From Armatimonadota bacterium (lineage in GTDB: Bacteria; Sysuimicrobiota; Sysuimicrobiia; Sysuimicrobiales; Humicultoraceae), in the NCBI GenBank assembly GCA_052386995.1, contig JBQTJP010000081.1, forward strand, positions 1 to 19,187: a DNA stretch of 19,187 nt. The letters run 5' to 3'. The translations under genes were made by a program, and so were the position numbers. Each line of letters opens with the position of its first letter. The stretch's first letter is position 1. Of the stretch, positions 9,579 to 16,616 are shown in pieces. Under the pieces are notes generated by a model. That model did no database searches. It had not been told where the DNA came from and saw only the letters and a list, made by a program, of their open reading frames with translations.

Positions 9579-9626
9579 GGGGCGCGAGTGGGGCATACAC
9601 TCGAAAGGTTTGGCCCGAGGTGCTGC

Positions 9627-10154
9627 ATGATCGGCGTTGCGTCCTTTTTGATCGAAACGGCGGGGGTGCTGTTCCCTCTGCTCTTCGTGGCGGCCGGGCT
9701 CGCGGCGGTGATCCGCGAGCGGCAGAAGGCGGCCATGGCCGCCGTCGCGTTCGGCGCGCTCATGCTCGCGCTCATGGGCGTCCGCTATGTTCATCAGGTC
9801 CAGAACCGGCTCGTTCTCAATCGTCTGACACCCGAGCACGTGGCTCAGGTTGTCCTCGCCGAGCGATCGGTATCCGATCGCCATCACATATCGGTCATCG
9901 TCGGGGCGCTCCGCGAGGCGCGGTGGTTCTCGGCGAATCACGGCGGATGGGCGACCGAGCTGCCGCTCGTCGTCGTCTTGCGCAACGGCGAGCGGCATCG
10001 TTTTCGTGTCGCCTATTACCTCAAGCAGGAAGGGGCGATCATCGCATTCCCTCGGCGCACCGGCGATGTGCGCTGGCACGACGGCTATGCGTTCAGCCGC
10101 GCGCTTCCAGAATCGTTGAAGCGTGTGGGCCTGAGGCTTCCCTCCCAGCCGTAG
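9627..10154 (+). CDS. Hypothetical membrane-anchored protein (two N-terminal TM helices plus ~110 aa soluble domain)
   Basis: The ATG at 9627 has GAGGTG 4 nt upstream. MIGVASFLIETAGVLFPLLFVAAGLAAVI and AAVAFGALMLALMGV are hydrophobic helices. The rest is in frame with the 537-aa track ORF, whose upstream part is antisense to iscS. I recognise no domain. Confidence 0.5.
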   Translation: MIGVASFLIETAGVLFPLLFVAAGLAAVIRERQKAAMAAVAFGALMLALMGVRYVHQVQNRLVLNRLTPEHVAQVVLAERSVSDRHHISVIVGALREARWFSANHGGWATELPLVVVLRNGERHRFRVAYYLKQEGAIIAFPRRTGDVRWHDGYAFSRALPESLKRVGLRLPSQP

Positions 10155-10186
10155 CCAAAGGCCGGGCCGCGTCTACGGCGGCCGGG

Positions 10187-10852
10187 TCACGGACCCGGGC
10201 CGGCTGCGACGGTCCGGTGCCGGTCGATCCAATACCCCCAGGGGACGAACAGCCACGCTGCGAGCGCGAACAGGGCGAGCGCCTGCTCGTTCGGCGGGGG
10301 TGGACCAAGCAGGCTGCTCAGGTACACCACGGCGAGGACCGCGATCATCGCCCACAGTGCGTAGCGTCCCACGGCATCGGTCGCGGAGGTCGCGCGCAGG
10401 CAAATCGCGATCCCGAGGGCGTAGAAGCCGAACTCGACGATCAGCGTCGCCGGGATCGAATTCCACAGGCCGAGTCCGACCCGGACCGGGAGGCCCGGTA
10501 CAAGTTGCAGGTCGGGCCGGTGCACGATGACGTCCAGGACAAAGTGACTGAACACGGCCGCACCGATGATCCAGGCGCCCCTCGGATATCGCCGGGCAAA
10601 GAAGTAGATCAGTCCGATGAGCAGCGACCAGGCAAGGGCGCCCACAAGGCTGTGCGTGATGGGATAGTGGGTAAAGTTGAAGGGGCTGGCGGCGGTAATC
10701 CCCGGCTCGATACGCACGTGCTCGAGGCCCAGGAGAAGCAAGATCGGCCAGAGCAGGTCGGCGAATTGCGCGGACAGCACCAGGGTTCCAAACGACACCT
10801 TTGGTGCCGCCTTCTTGGCCGCGAACGCCACTCCATAGTGGCCTAAGAACAT
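10187..10852 (-). CDS. Membrane-bound metal-dependent hydrolase-like protein (DUF457 / YdjM family)
   Basis: A polytopic membrane protein starting MFLGHYGVAFAA, with FTHYPITHSLVGA and FSHFVLDVIVH His-containing motifs resembling E. coli YdjM (FGHRGFTHSLL / LSHILAD). Its ATG directly abuts the TAG of the upstream ParB-like gene (TAGATG). Confidence 0.55.
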   Translation of the reverse strand: MFLGHYGVAFAAKKAAPKVSFGTLVLSAQFADLLWPILLLLGLEHVRIEPGITAASPFNFTHYPITHSLVGALAWSLLIGLIYFFARRYPRGAWIIGAAVFSHFVLDVIVHRPDLQLVPGLPVRVGLGLWNSIPATLIVEFGFYALGIAICLRATSATDAVGRYALWAMIAVLAVVYLSSLLGPPPPNEQALALFALAAWLFVPWGYWIDRHRTVAAGPGP

Positions 10853-11764
10853 CTATGAGCCGCCGGCCGGCGCGGCGAACACGGCGGAGCGGGCGACGTC
10901 GTCATAGCGGATGCCACTCGCATCGAAGCGCTCGAGGTTCTCTGCGAGCCTGCGGAAGGTCACGTCGAAGGAGGGAAGCGTCTTTCGGGCCCGCGTCAGC
11001 GGCGTTGTTCGGGCGAGCACAAAGTTCTTGACGTAGGGGTGCCTGATCCCACGCTTCCGGATTTTCGCCACGACCTCAGTCAGCAGCTCATCGGTCCTGC
11101 GCACCAGCGCCGCGCGCTCCTCGCGTTCTTCCAGGGCTTTGGGAAGCGGGCTCTTGAGAAACTTGTCCACGCGGCGCAGGATGGGCGCGTACGCGCCGCC
11201 CGCGAAGCGGCGGTTCTCCTCGTAGATCACGCCAAGCGTGATGAAGTGGGGGGACTCGAACTGGAACGCGTAGTCATCCTCTGAGGCCCTCGGCTCGTCC
11301 TTCACCAGCGCCCGGTACATCCGGATGACCTCGAGGGACTTTTCCTTGAGATTGTGGGCCTTCTCGGTGTTCAGCGCGAGGATCTGGAACGTTACCTCAG
11401 GATCGGGAATCAAGATGGCCGGGATGAACTCCGCCTTCAGCTTCACCAGCGCGGCGAGCCGGTGGTTGCCGTTGGGTGTCCAGTACACGCCGGGCTTCGG
11501 AGATGTCGCCACGATGGGATCCACAAAGCGGTCGATCTTCCGGATCACTTCCTGGAGGCGTTTGGCATGCGCGCGTGAGAGGTCGCGCTGGTAGGGCGTC
11601 GGCTCGACACGCTCAACGGGCAGGACGCAGAAAATCTGCCAGTGATCTCCCACGGGATCCTGGAAGAGGGCCAGGGCCTGCCCCCCGTCACGCTCGACCT
11701 GCTCGGCGAGGGCGCGCGCGGCGCGGGACGGCTCCTTGTCGGGAAAGGTCGCCCACGCGCTCAT
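10853..11764 (-). CDS. ParB/Sulfiredoxin-fold (ParB-like nuclease domain) protein with uncharacterised C-terminal region
   Basis: The N-terminal domain reads IFCVLPVERVEPTPYQRDLSRAHAKRLQEVI...GNHRLAALVKLKAEFIPAIL, a ParB N-terminal-type motif (GxxR..A......IP). I placed the start at ATG 11764 (MSAWATF...). The upstream part of the 355-aa track ORF is low-complexity S/T/A-rich and overlaps the MDP-1 gene, so I treat it as an artifact. Confidence 0.6.
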   Translation of the reverse strand: MSAWATFPDKEPSRAARALAEQVERDGGQALALFQDPVGDHWQIFCVLPVERVEPTPYQRDLSRAHAKRLQEVIRKIDRFVDPIVATSPKPGVYWTPNGNHRLAALVKLKAEFIPAILIPDPEVTFQILALNTEKAHNLKEKSLEVIRMYRALVKDEPRASEDDYAFQFESPHFITLGVIYEENRRFAGGAYAPILRRVDKFLKSPLPKALEEREERAALVRRTDELLTEVVAKIRKRGIRHPYVKNFVLARTTPLTRARKTLPSFDVTFRRLAENLERFDASGIRYDDVARSAVFAAPAGGS

Positions 11765-11777
11765 GGCGTTCGCCGGA

Positions 11778-12287
11778 TCACTCGCCGCGCCCGTCGCCGG
11801 CGCGGTCGAGGTGGGCCAGCACGTCGTCGAGCCGCTGGACGTCGACGCCAAACTGCAGGAAGCGGATGGGACCGACCGCGGCGTGAATCGCATCGAGGTG
11901 GATGCGGCGATCGTCGACATAGAGCACTTCAGAAGGGCTCAGGCTCCGCCCCGCGGCCTCAAGATCACGGAGGAGCGCGGCAACGAGACGCTCCTTGTTG
12001 GGGTGCGGCTCGACCTTCTTGTGGTCGAAGTAGCGATCCAGGTCGAGCAGATCAAGGATCTCCTGCACGGCATCCGGCTCGTTCCAGGACGCCGCCGCGA
12101 TGATCATCTGCCGCGCGCGCAGTCCCTCCAGCAGTCTGCGCACTCCGGGGTACAGGTTCACGCGCACGCCGGTCTGATCCACGACCGCGTCTTCGCCCGC
12201 GCTCTGGAACGGCCGCGCCAGCCCCGTCACGTTCCTGTGATCCCAGAGGGTCAGATCCAGGTCGAGGATCACCAGGCTCACGCTCAT
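11778..12287 (-). CDS. Magnesium-dependent phosphatase-1 (MDP-1) family HAD phosphatase
   Basis: MSVSLVILDLDLTLWDH (DxDxT), NLYPGVRRLLEGL...IIAAASWNEP, LDLDRYF and LYVDDRRIHLDAI align motif by motif with eukaryotic MDP-1 (PF12689). The ATG at 12287 has GAGGGAG 8 nt upstream. The track ORF's 39-aa N-terminal extension reads through the NUDIX stop region. Confidence 0.8.
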   Translation of the reverse strand: MSVSLVILDLDLTLWDHRNVTGLARPFQSAGEDAVVDQTGVRVNLYPGVRRLLEGLRARQMIIAAASWNEPDAVQEILDLLDLDRYFDHKKVEPHPNKERLVAALLRDLEAAGRSLSPSEVLYVDDRRIHLDAIHAAVGPIRFLQFGVDVQRLDDVLAHLDRAGDGRGE

Positions 12288-12316
12288 CCCATCAGCTCCC
12301 TCGCGAGAAGCAACCT

Positions 12317-12913
12317 TCAGCGCCCGCTGCCTCTTTGGGGCGCCGAGTGATTGACCGCCAGCAACCCGACCAGCCCGTGAATGATGCGCGCGGTCGCGCC
12401 CCACACCACATGAGTGCCGTAATCGTAGAATAGCAACTCGCGCGGCCGGCCGTCGTGGAGCACCCGCTCGGTGCGCACCCTGGCCGGATCGAGAAACACC
12501 GACAACGGGACGACGACGATCTCGTCGATCTCGTTCGGGTTGGGGCGCAACGTGTCCAGGCGCGCGATGAGCCCCACGTACGGCGTGATCGCGAAGCCGG
12601 ATACCACTGTTTCCAGCTCATCGAGCCGCCCCCACACCTCGACGGCCTCGGGCTCGAGCCCCAGCTCCTCGTACGTCTCTCGGAGCGCCGTTGCCAGAAG
12701 ATCGGCGTCCCCGGGCTCCTCGCCGCCGCCGGGAAACGAAATCTGGCCCTTATGATGCTCGACGATCTCAGTTCGCTTGGTGAGTAGCAGGTGGGGCACG
12801 CCGTCCTGGACGAACACAGGCACCAGCACTGCGGCCCGCCGGTGCGGGTGGGGCGGGAGGTCCCGGCCGGGGGACGCTCTGAGCCGTTCTCTCAGTATAG
12901 GAAGGACATCCAT
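12317..12913 (-). CDS. NUDIX hydrolase, CoA-pyrophosphatase-like (NudL/Nudt7-type)
   Basis: The Nudix box GGGEEPGDADLLATALRETYEELGL is present. Upstream of it, LLTKRTEIVEHHKGQISFPGG matches the CoA-binding LLTxR[ST]...GxxxFPGG signature. Confidence 0.8.
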   Translation of the reverse strand: MDVLPILRERLRASPGRDLPPHPHRRAAVLVPVFVQDGVPHLLLTKRTEIVEHHKGQISFPGGGEEPGDADLLATALRETYEELGLEPEAVEVWGRLDELETVVSGFAITPYVGLIARLDTLRPNPNEIDEIVVVPLSVFLDPARVRTERVLHDGRPRELLFYDYGTHVVWGATARIIHGLVGLLAVNHSAPQRGSGR

Positions 12914-12974
12914 ACCGTAGTGTTGGCGAGATCGGGCGTCTCTCCTCTAGAAGCGTGCACACGAGATCTTGGGG

Positions 12975-13002
12975 TCGACCTTTCAAATTCGCACAATATA
13001 TT
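12975..13002 (+). promoter_or_regulatory. Candidate promoter for thyX-like gene (TCGACC-N16-TATATT) in the AT-richer divergent intergenic region
   Basis: The 12914-13069 spacer between divergent genes is noticeably AT-richer than its flanks. It contains -35-like TCGACC and -10-like TATATT hexamers 16 nt apart. Confidence 0.2.
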
Positions 13003-13069
13003 GGGGCCGCAAGGCAGGAAGTTGGGCAGGGATGCGGAAATAGGGCTGGCGAACCCCGGGGGGAAGGCC

Positions 13070-14596
13070 ATGTACCCTCAGTTCTCCTCAATTGATGGCT
13101 CTCCATCACTGCGTCTACGCGACATCTACCTCCTTAGCCCCAGGCTCCTTCCCCCCGAGGTCATTGCCGTCGCCTTCGCCAAAACGTCACGCAGCCCCAG
13201 ACCATTTCGGGAGATCGCCGCGGAGCTTACCCAAGAGCAGTCGAGCGAGTTCCATGAAAAATGGGTGCTGGGCTACGGCCACGCCTCCGTAGCCGAGCAC
13301 GCCGTCCTGCATCTGGCGCTGGAGAACCTGTCGCGCCTGGCCATCGAGTGTCTCGAGAGCAACCGTCTCTGCTCGTACACCGAGAAATCCACGCGCTATC
13401 AAATCTTCGATACGTTTTACGTCCCCCCGGCGATCGCGGCCTCCGGGCACGCCGAACGGTATGTCGCGACCTGCCGGCATCTCTTCGAGACCTACCAGGC
13501 CAGCCTCGAGCCCGTCCGGCGGGTGATCGAAGAGTGGTACCCCCGCAAGGACGAAGAAGCCGACCGTGCGTACGCGGCCCGCATCCGCTCGAAGTACGTC
13601 GACGTCTGCCGCTTCCTCCTGCCGTGCGCCACGCTGGCGAACGTGGGTATGACCGCGAACGCTCGGGCGCTCGAGCACGCCATCACCAAAATGCTCTCCC
13701 ATCCAATGGAAGAGGTCCGCGCGATCGGGGCCGAGGTCAAAGCCGTCGCTACCCGCGAGGTGCCGACGTTGGTGAAGTACGCCGACCCGAACCCGTACTT
13801 GATGCACACAGCGGCGGCACTAGAGGGCACCGCAACGGCGCTTGTCGATGGCGGGGCGCCGGACCGGGACTCCGTCGCCCTCGAGCGCGCGCCCGCCGCG
13901 ACCGGAGTGCGCCTCGTCCACTTCGACCGGGATGCCGAGCAGCGGATCGTGGCTTCGTGTCTGTACCGGCACGGCCGGGCAGCGTACGACGCCGCGTCGT
14001 CGTGGGCGGCCTCCATGAGCTCCACCGAACGCGCGGCAGTGATCGAAGAAGCCCTGGGACGGCTCGGCCGGTACGATGCGCCTGTCCGCGAGACCGAGCA
14101 CACGGCCTACACGTTCGAGATCACCTGCGATCAGGGCGCCTACTTCGACCTCAAGCGCCATCGAATGATGACGCAGAGCCCTCAACCTCCAACCGTCGAG
14201 CTCGGATACGCGGTTCCGCGCGCGGTTGATGAGGCCGGGATCGGTGCACGCTACCGTGAGGCCATCGACCGGGCCACGGACGCCTACCGCGCCGTCGCCC
14301 CCGACTATCCCCATGAAGCCGCCTACCTGGTCACGAACGCCCACAACCGGCGGTTCCTGGCCACGATGAACCTCCGCGAGGTCTACAGCCTGGTGCCCCT
14401 GCGCGCGCGCGAATCGGGGCACTTCTCCTATCGCCGCATCGCCCTGCAGCTCTATGAGGCGGTGCGCGCGGTGCACCCCGCGCTCGTCGCGCACGTGCGG
14501 TTCGGTTACGCGCAGCCAGACGCAGCGGCGCTGGAAGCGCGATTCTTTTCAGAGGTGTCCGCGGATCCATCGATGCTTGCGGCGCCGGGGCGCTAG
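13070..14596 (+). CDS. thyX: Flavin-dependent thymidylate synthase (ThyX) homolog, double-length protein with two tandem ThyX-like domains
   Basis: In the N-terminal half, GYGHASVAEHAVLHLALENLSRLAIECLESNRLCSYTEKSTRYQIF matches the ThyX GHxSxxEH...RHRxxSYxExSxRY block with RHR changed to SNR. ANARALEHAI is NAR-like. In the C-terminal half, YTFEITCDQGAYFDLKRHRMMTQS has RHR, and MNLREVYSLVPLRARESGHFSYRRIALQLY matches the ThyX C-terminal NxRxLxxxxxLRA...WEI block. The ATG at 13070 has GGGGAAGG just upstream. Confidence 0.7.
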   Translation: MYPQFSSIDGSPSLRLRDIYLLSPRLLPPEVIAVAFAKTSRSPRPFREIAAELTQEQSSEFHEKWVLGYGHASVAEHAVLHLALENLSRLAIECLESNRLCSYTEKSTRYQIFDTFYVPPAIAASGHAERYVATCRHLFETYQASLEPVRRVIEEWYPRKDEEADRAYAARIRSKYVDVCRFLLPCATLANVGMTANARALEHAITKMLSHPMEEVRAIGAEVKAVATREVPTLVKYADPNPYLMHTAAALEGTATALVDGGAPDRDSVALERAPAATGVRLVHFDRDAEQRIVASCLYRHGRAAYDAASSWAASMSSTERAAVIEEALGRLGRYDAPVRETEHTAYTFEITCDQGAYFDLKRHRMMTQSPQPPTVELGYAVPRAVDEAGIGARYREAIDRATDAYRAVAPDYPHEAAYLVTNAHNRRFLATMNLREVYSLVPLRARESGHFSYRRIALQLYEAVRAVHPALVAHVRFGYAQPDAAALEARFFSEVSADPSMLAAPGR

Positions 14597-14669
14597 CAGG
14601 CGGGGACGCTGACCGCTCCACCGTTGTCCGGGAGGCAGTAGACGCTCAACCCGCAGGGAGGCGGATCCC

Positions 14670-15590
14670 ATGGCCTTTCTCAAGCTTGTCGTGTACGTGG
14701 TGGGCTTTGCTCTGGCCGCCATCGTGGCCAGGCGATCGTTCGGAACCCAGATGGTCACGGGCCCAGGAGGCCGGCCGCGCATGCCGGGGGTGAGCGCCGG
14801 CGGCATCGTCCTGGCCCTCCTGATCGTCGTATTGACCCTGGGGATCTCCGCGAGCTTCGGACAGGTGCCGGCCGGGTACCGCGGGGTGGTCCTGCGCTTT
14901 GGCGCGCCGACCGGCGAGATCAAAGCCGAAGGGCTGTATATGGTGACGCCCTTCATCAACGCCGTCGAGCTGATGCTTGTTCAAGTTGTCGCCTACGACG
15001 CGGTGGCGGAGGCGGCCTCGCGTGACCTCCAGGACGTCAAGGCGAAGGTCACCCTGAACTATTCCCTCGATCCGGCGCAGGTCGTCGAGATCTATCGCGC
15101 GCTGCGCCAGGACTACGAATTCAGGATCATCAAGCCGGCCATTCAGGAGGCGGTCAAGGCCGCCACAGCCGGGTTCACGGCTGAGGAGCTGATCACCCGG
15201 CGGCCCGAGGTGCGCGCGGCGATTCAGCAGAACCTGGTACAGCGGCTCAGCCGCTTCGGCATCCAGACCCAGGCCATGTCGATCACTGACTTCGCCTTCA
15301 GCAAGTCATTCAACGAGGCGATCGAGGCTAAGGTGACGGCGACCCAGCAGGTCCTCAAGGCCGAGCGCGACCTGCTGCGCGTGCGCCTCGAGGCGCAGCA
15401 GCAGATAGAGCAGGCCAGGGCTCAGGCCGAGGCGCTGCGCATCCAGAAGCAGAACGTCACACCGGAACTGATTGAATTGCGGCGCATCGAGGCGCAGTTC
15501 CGTGCGATCGACAAGTGGGACGGCCACATGCCGACGTATGTGGCGGGTCCGGTTCCCATTCTCGACGTCTTCAAGGGTACGCAGCGCTAA
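14670..15590 (+). CDS. SPFH/band-7 (prohibitin-like) membrane protein
   Basis: An N-terminal TM segment is followed by a GYRGVVLRFGAPTGE...GLYMVTPF SPFH core and a C-terminal coiled-coil, Q/A/R-rich region. GGGAGG lies 9 nt upstream of the ATG. Confidence 0.8.
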   Translation: MAFLKLVVYVVGFALAAIVARRSFGTQMVTGPGGRPRMPGVSAGGIVLALLIVVLTLGISASFGQVPAGYRGVVLRFGAPTGEIKAEGLYMVTPFINAVELMLVQVVAYDAVAEAASRDLQDVKAKVTLNYSLDPAQVVEIYRALRQDYEFRIIKPAIQEAVKAATAGFTAEELITRRPEVRAAIQQNLVQRLSRFGIQTQAMSITDFAFSKSFNEAIEAKVTATQQVLKAERDLLRVRLEAQQQIEQARAQAEALRIQKQNVTPELIELRRIEAQFRAIDKWDGHMPTYVAGPVPILDVFKGTQR

Positions 15591-16457
15591 TTGGCGGCAA
15601 AAGCGGTCGTCATCACCGGCGTCTCTACGGGCGTCGGCCTGGCCGCCGCCGAAGAACTGGCGGCTCACGGCTACGACGTCTTCGGCAGCGTTCGGCGGTC
15701 CTCAGATGCGGACGGGCTGCGGGCACGGCTGGGCGCGCGCTTTTTCCCGCTCCTGTTCGATGTGACCGATGCGGAGGCGGTCCGGGCCGCCGCAGGACAG
15801 GTCGCCGGCATCCTCGGCGGACGCGGCCTCACCGGACTGGTCAACAACGCCGGGATCGGCGTCGGCGGTCCGCTCATGCACCAACCCCTCGACGAGATCC
15901 GTCGTGTTTTCGAGGTGAACGTGCTGGGCGCGCTGTCGGTGACCCAGGCTTTCCTGCCGTTGCTGGGCGCGAAATTGCCTCAAGCCCATCCGCCCGGACG
16001 TATCATCAACATCAGCTCGGTGGGCGGGAAGATCGCGTTCCCATTCCTGGGCGCCTATTCGGCGTCCAAGCACGCGCTGGAGGCCGCCTCCGACGCCCTG
16101 CGCCGCGAACTGGCTATCTACGGCATCGACGTCATTGTGATCGAGCCCGGGGCGGTGCGCACCGCCATCTGGGACAAAGCGGAACAGGAGGACCTGTCGT
16201 CGCGGTGCGCGGGCACGGACTACGCCGCGATCGCGGCGCGGTTCCAGACGGGGTTCATCGCGGGCGGCCGGGCGGGCATGCCGGCCGAAGTCATCGGCCG
16301 CGTCATTCGTGAGGCGCTGGAGAGCCCGCGTCCGAAGACCCGCTACGCCCTCCCTACCAACCGGCTCACCGGCTGGATCATCCCCCGTCTGCTGCCCGAC
16401 CGCTGGCTGGACCGGCTCATCATCTCGAGGCTTGGCCTGACGCGCCGCCGGGCATAG
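15591..16457 (+). CDS. Short-chain dehydrogenase/reductase (SDR) family oxidoreductase
   Basis: The TGVSTGVGLA Rossmann glycine motif, NNAG and the catalytic YSASK (YxxxK) are present. The TTG start immediately follows the TAA of the SPFH gene. Confidence 0.8.
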   Translation: MAAKAVVITGVSTGVGLAAAEELAAHGYDVFGSVRRSSDADGLRARLGARFFPLLFDVTDAEAVRAAAGQVAGILGGRGLTGLVNNAGIGVGGPLMHQPLDEIRRVFEVNVLGALSVTQAFLPLLGAKLPQAHPPGRIINISSVGGKIAFPFLGAYSASKHALEAASDALRRELAIYGIDVIVIEPGAVRTAIWDKAEQEDLSSRCAGTDYAAIAARFQTGFIAGGRAGMPAEVIGRVIREALESPRPKTRYALPTNRLTGWIIPRLLPDRWLDRLIISRLGLTRRRA

Positions 16458-16502
16458 TTTCGAGAGTCCACCATCTAGTACGCTTGTGGGCGCCCCGTAC
16501 GT

Positions 16503-16616
16503 CTATAGTCTGTCATAGCATCAAGTACTGACAGGCTATGGTCTGTACATTAACCTTAACTTGACAGGCTATAGATTGTCATCTATACTTGCACTACAAA
16601 GCTATCAGTTGACAAT
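16503..16616. repeat. Four direct repeats (iterons) with exact 33-bp periodicity, consensus ~CTATrGtyTGTCAt. The central two extend to 21-bp units, TGACAGGCTATgGtcTGTaCA. Candidate operator array.
   Basis: Copies begin at 16503 (ctatagtctgtcata), 16536 (ctatggtctgtacat), 16569 (ctatagattgtcatc) and 16602 (ctatcagttgacaat). Copies 2 and 3 are preceded by TGACAGG, giving TGACA-N10-TGTCA inverted half-sites. The last copy overlaps the protein A start codon. Confidence 0.6.
16561..16589 (+). promoter_or_regulatory. Near-consensus sigma70-type promoter, TTGACA-N17-TATACT, driving the HTH-Fic operon
   Basis: TTGACA lies at 16561-16566 and TATACT at 16584-16589, with a 17-nt spacer. The third iteron occupies the spacer. 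The predicted TSS is ~16596, about 20 nt before ATG 16616. Confidence 0.5.

Noticed and set aside
8541-9626. Upstream ~360 aa of the 537-aa plus-strand ORF (and 8399..9103, 8626..9018, 8714..9148)
   Set aside because: It is antisense to iscS. Only the terminal 175 codons from ATG 9627 have membrane-protein character and an SD, so the rest is GC-driven read-through.
10155-10230. Inverted repeat CGGACC...GGTCCG between the convergent membrane-protein and DUF457 genes as a terminator
   Set aside because: It is a 6-bp stem with a ~17-nt loop and no U-tract. Such GC-rich pseudo-palindromes are frequent in this composition, so it is not reported as a feature.
9620-10846. 408-aa plus-strand ORF
   Set aside because: It lies in a different frame overlapping the hypothetical membrane gene and is antisense to the DUF457 gene. 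It is extremely Arg/Gly/Asp-rich with no motifs.
11736-12350. 204-aa plus-strand ORF (also 11476..11886 and 11642..12103)
   Set aside because: It is antisense to the ParB-like and MDP-1 genes, which have convincing family motifs on the minus strand.
13261-14229. 322-aa plus-strand ORF and 13492..14103 / 13820..14494 minus-strand ORFs inside thyX
   Set aside because: These are alternative frames or antisense of the ThyX-like gene, whose frame carries the Thy1 motifs. Their sequences are low-complexity.
15515-16312. 265-aa plus-strand ORF overlapping the SDR gene in another frame
   Set aside because: The SDR frame has TGxxxGxG and YxxxK motifs. This frame is Arg/Gly-rich nonsense.
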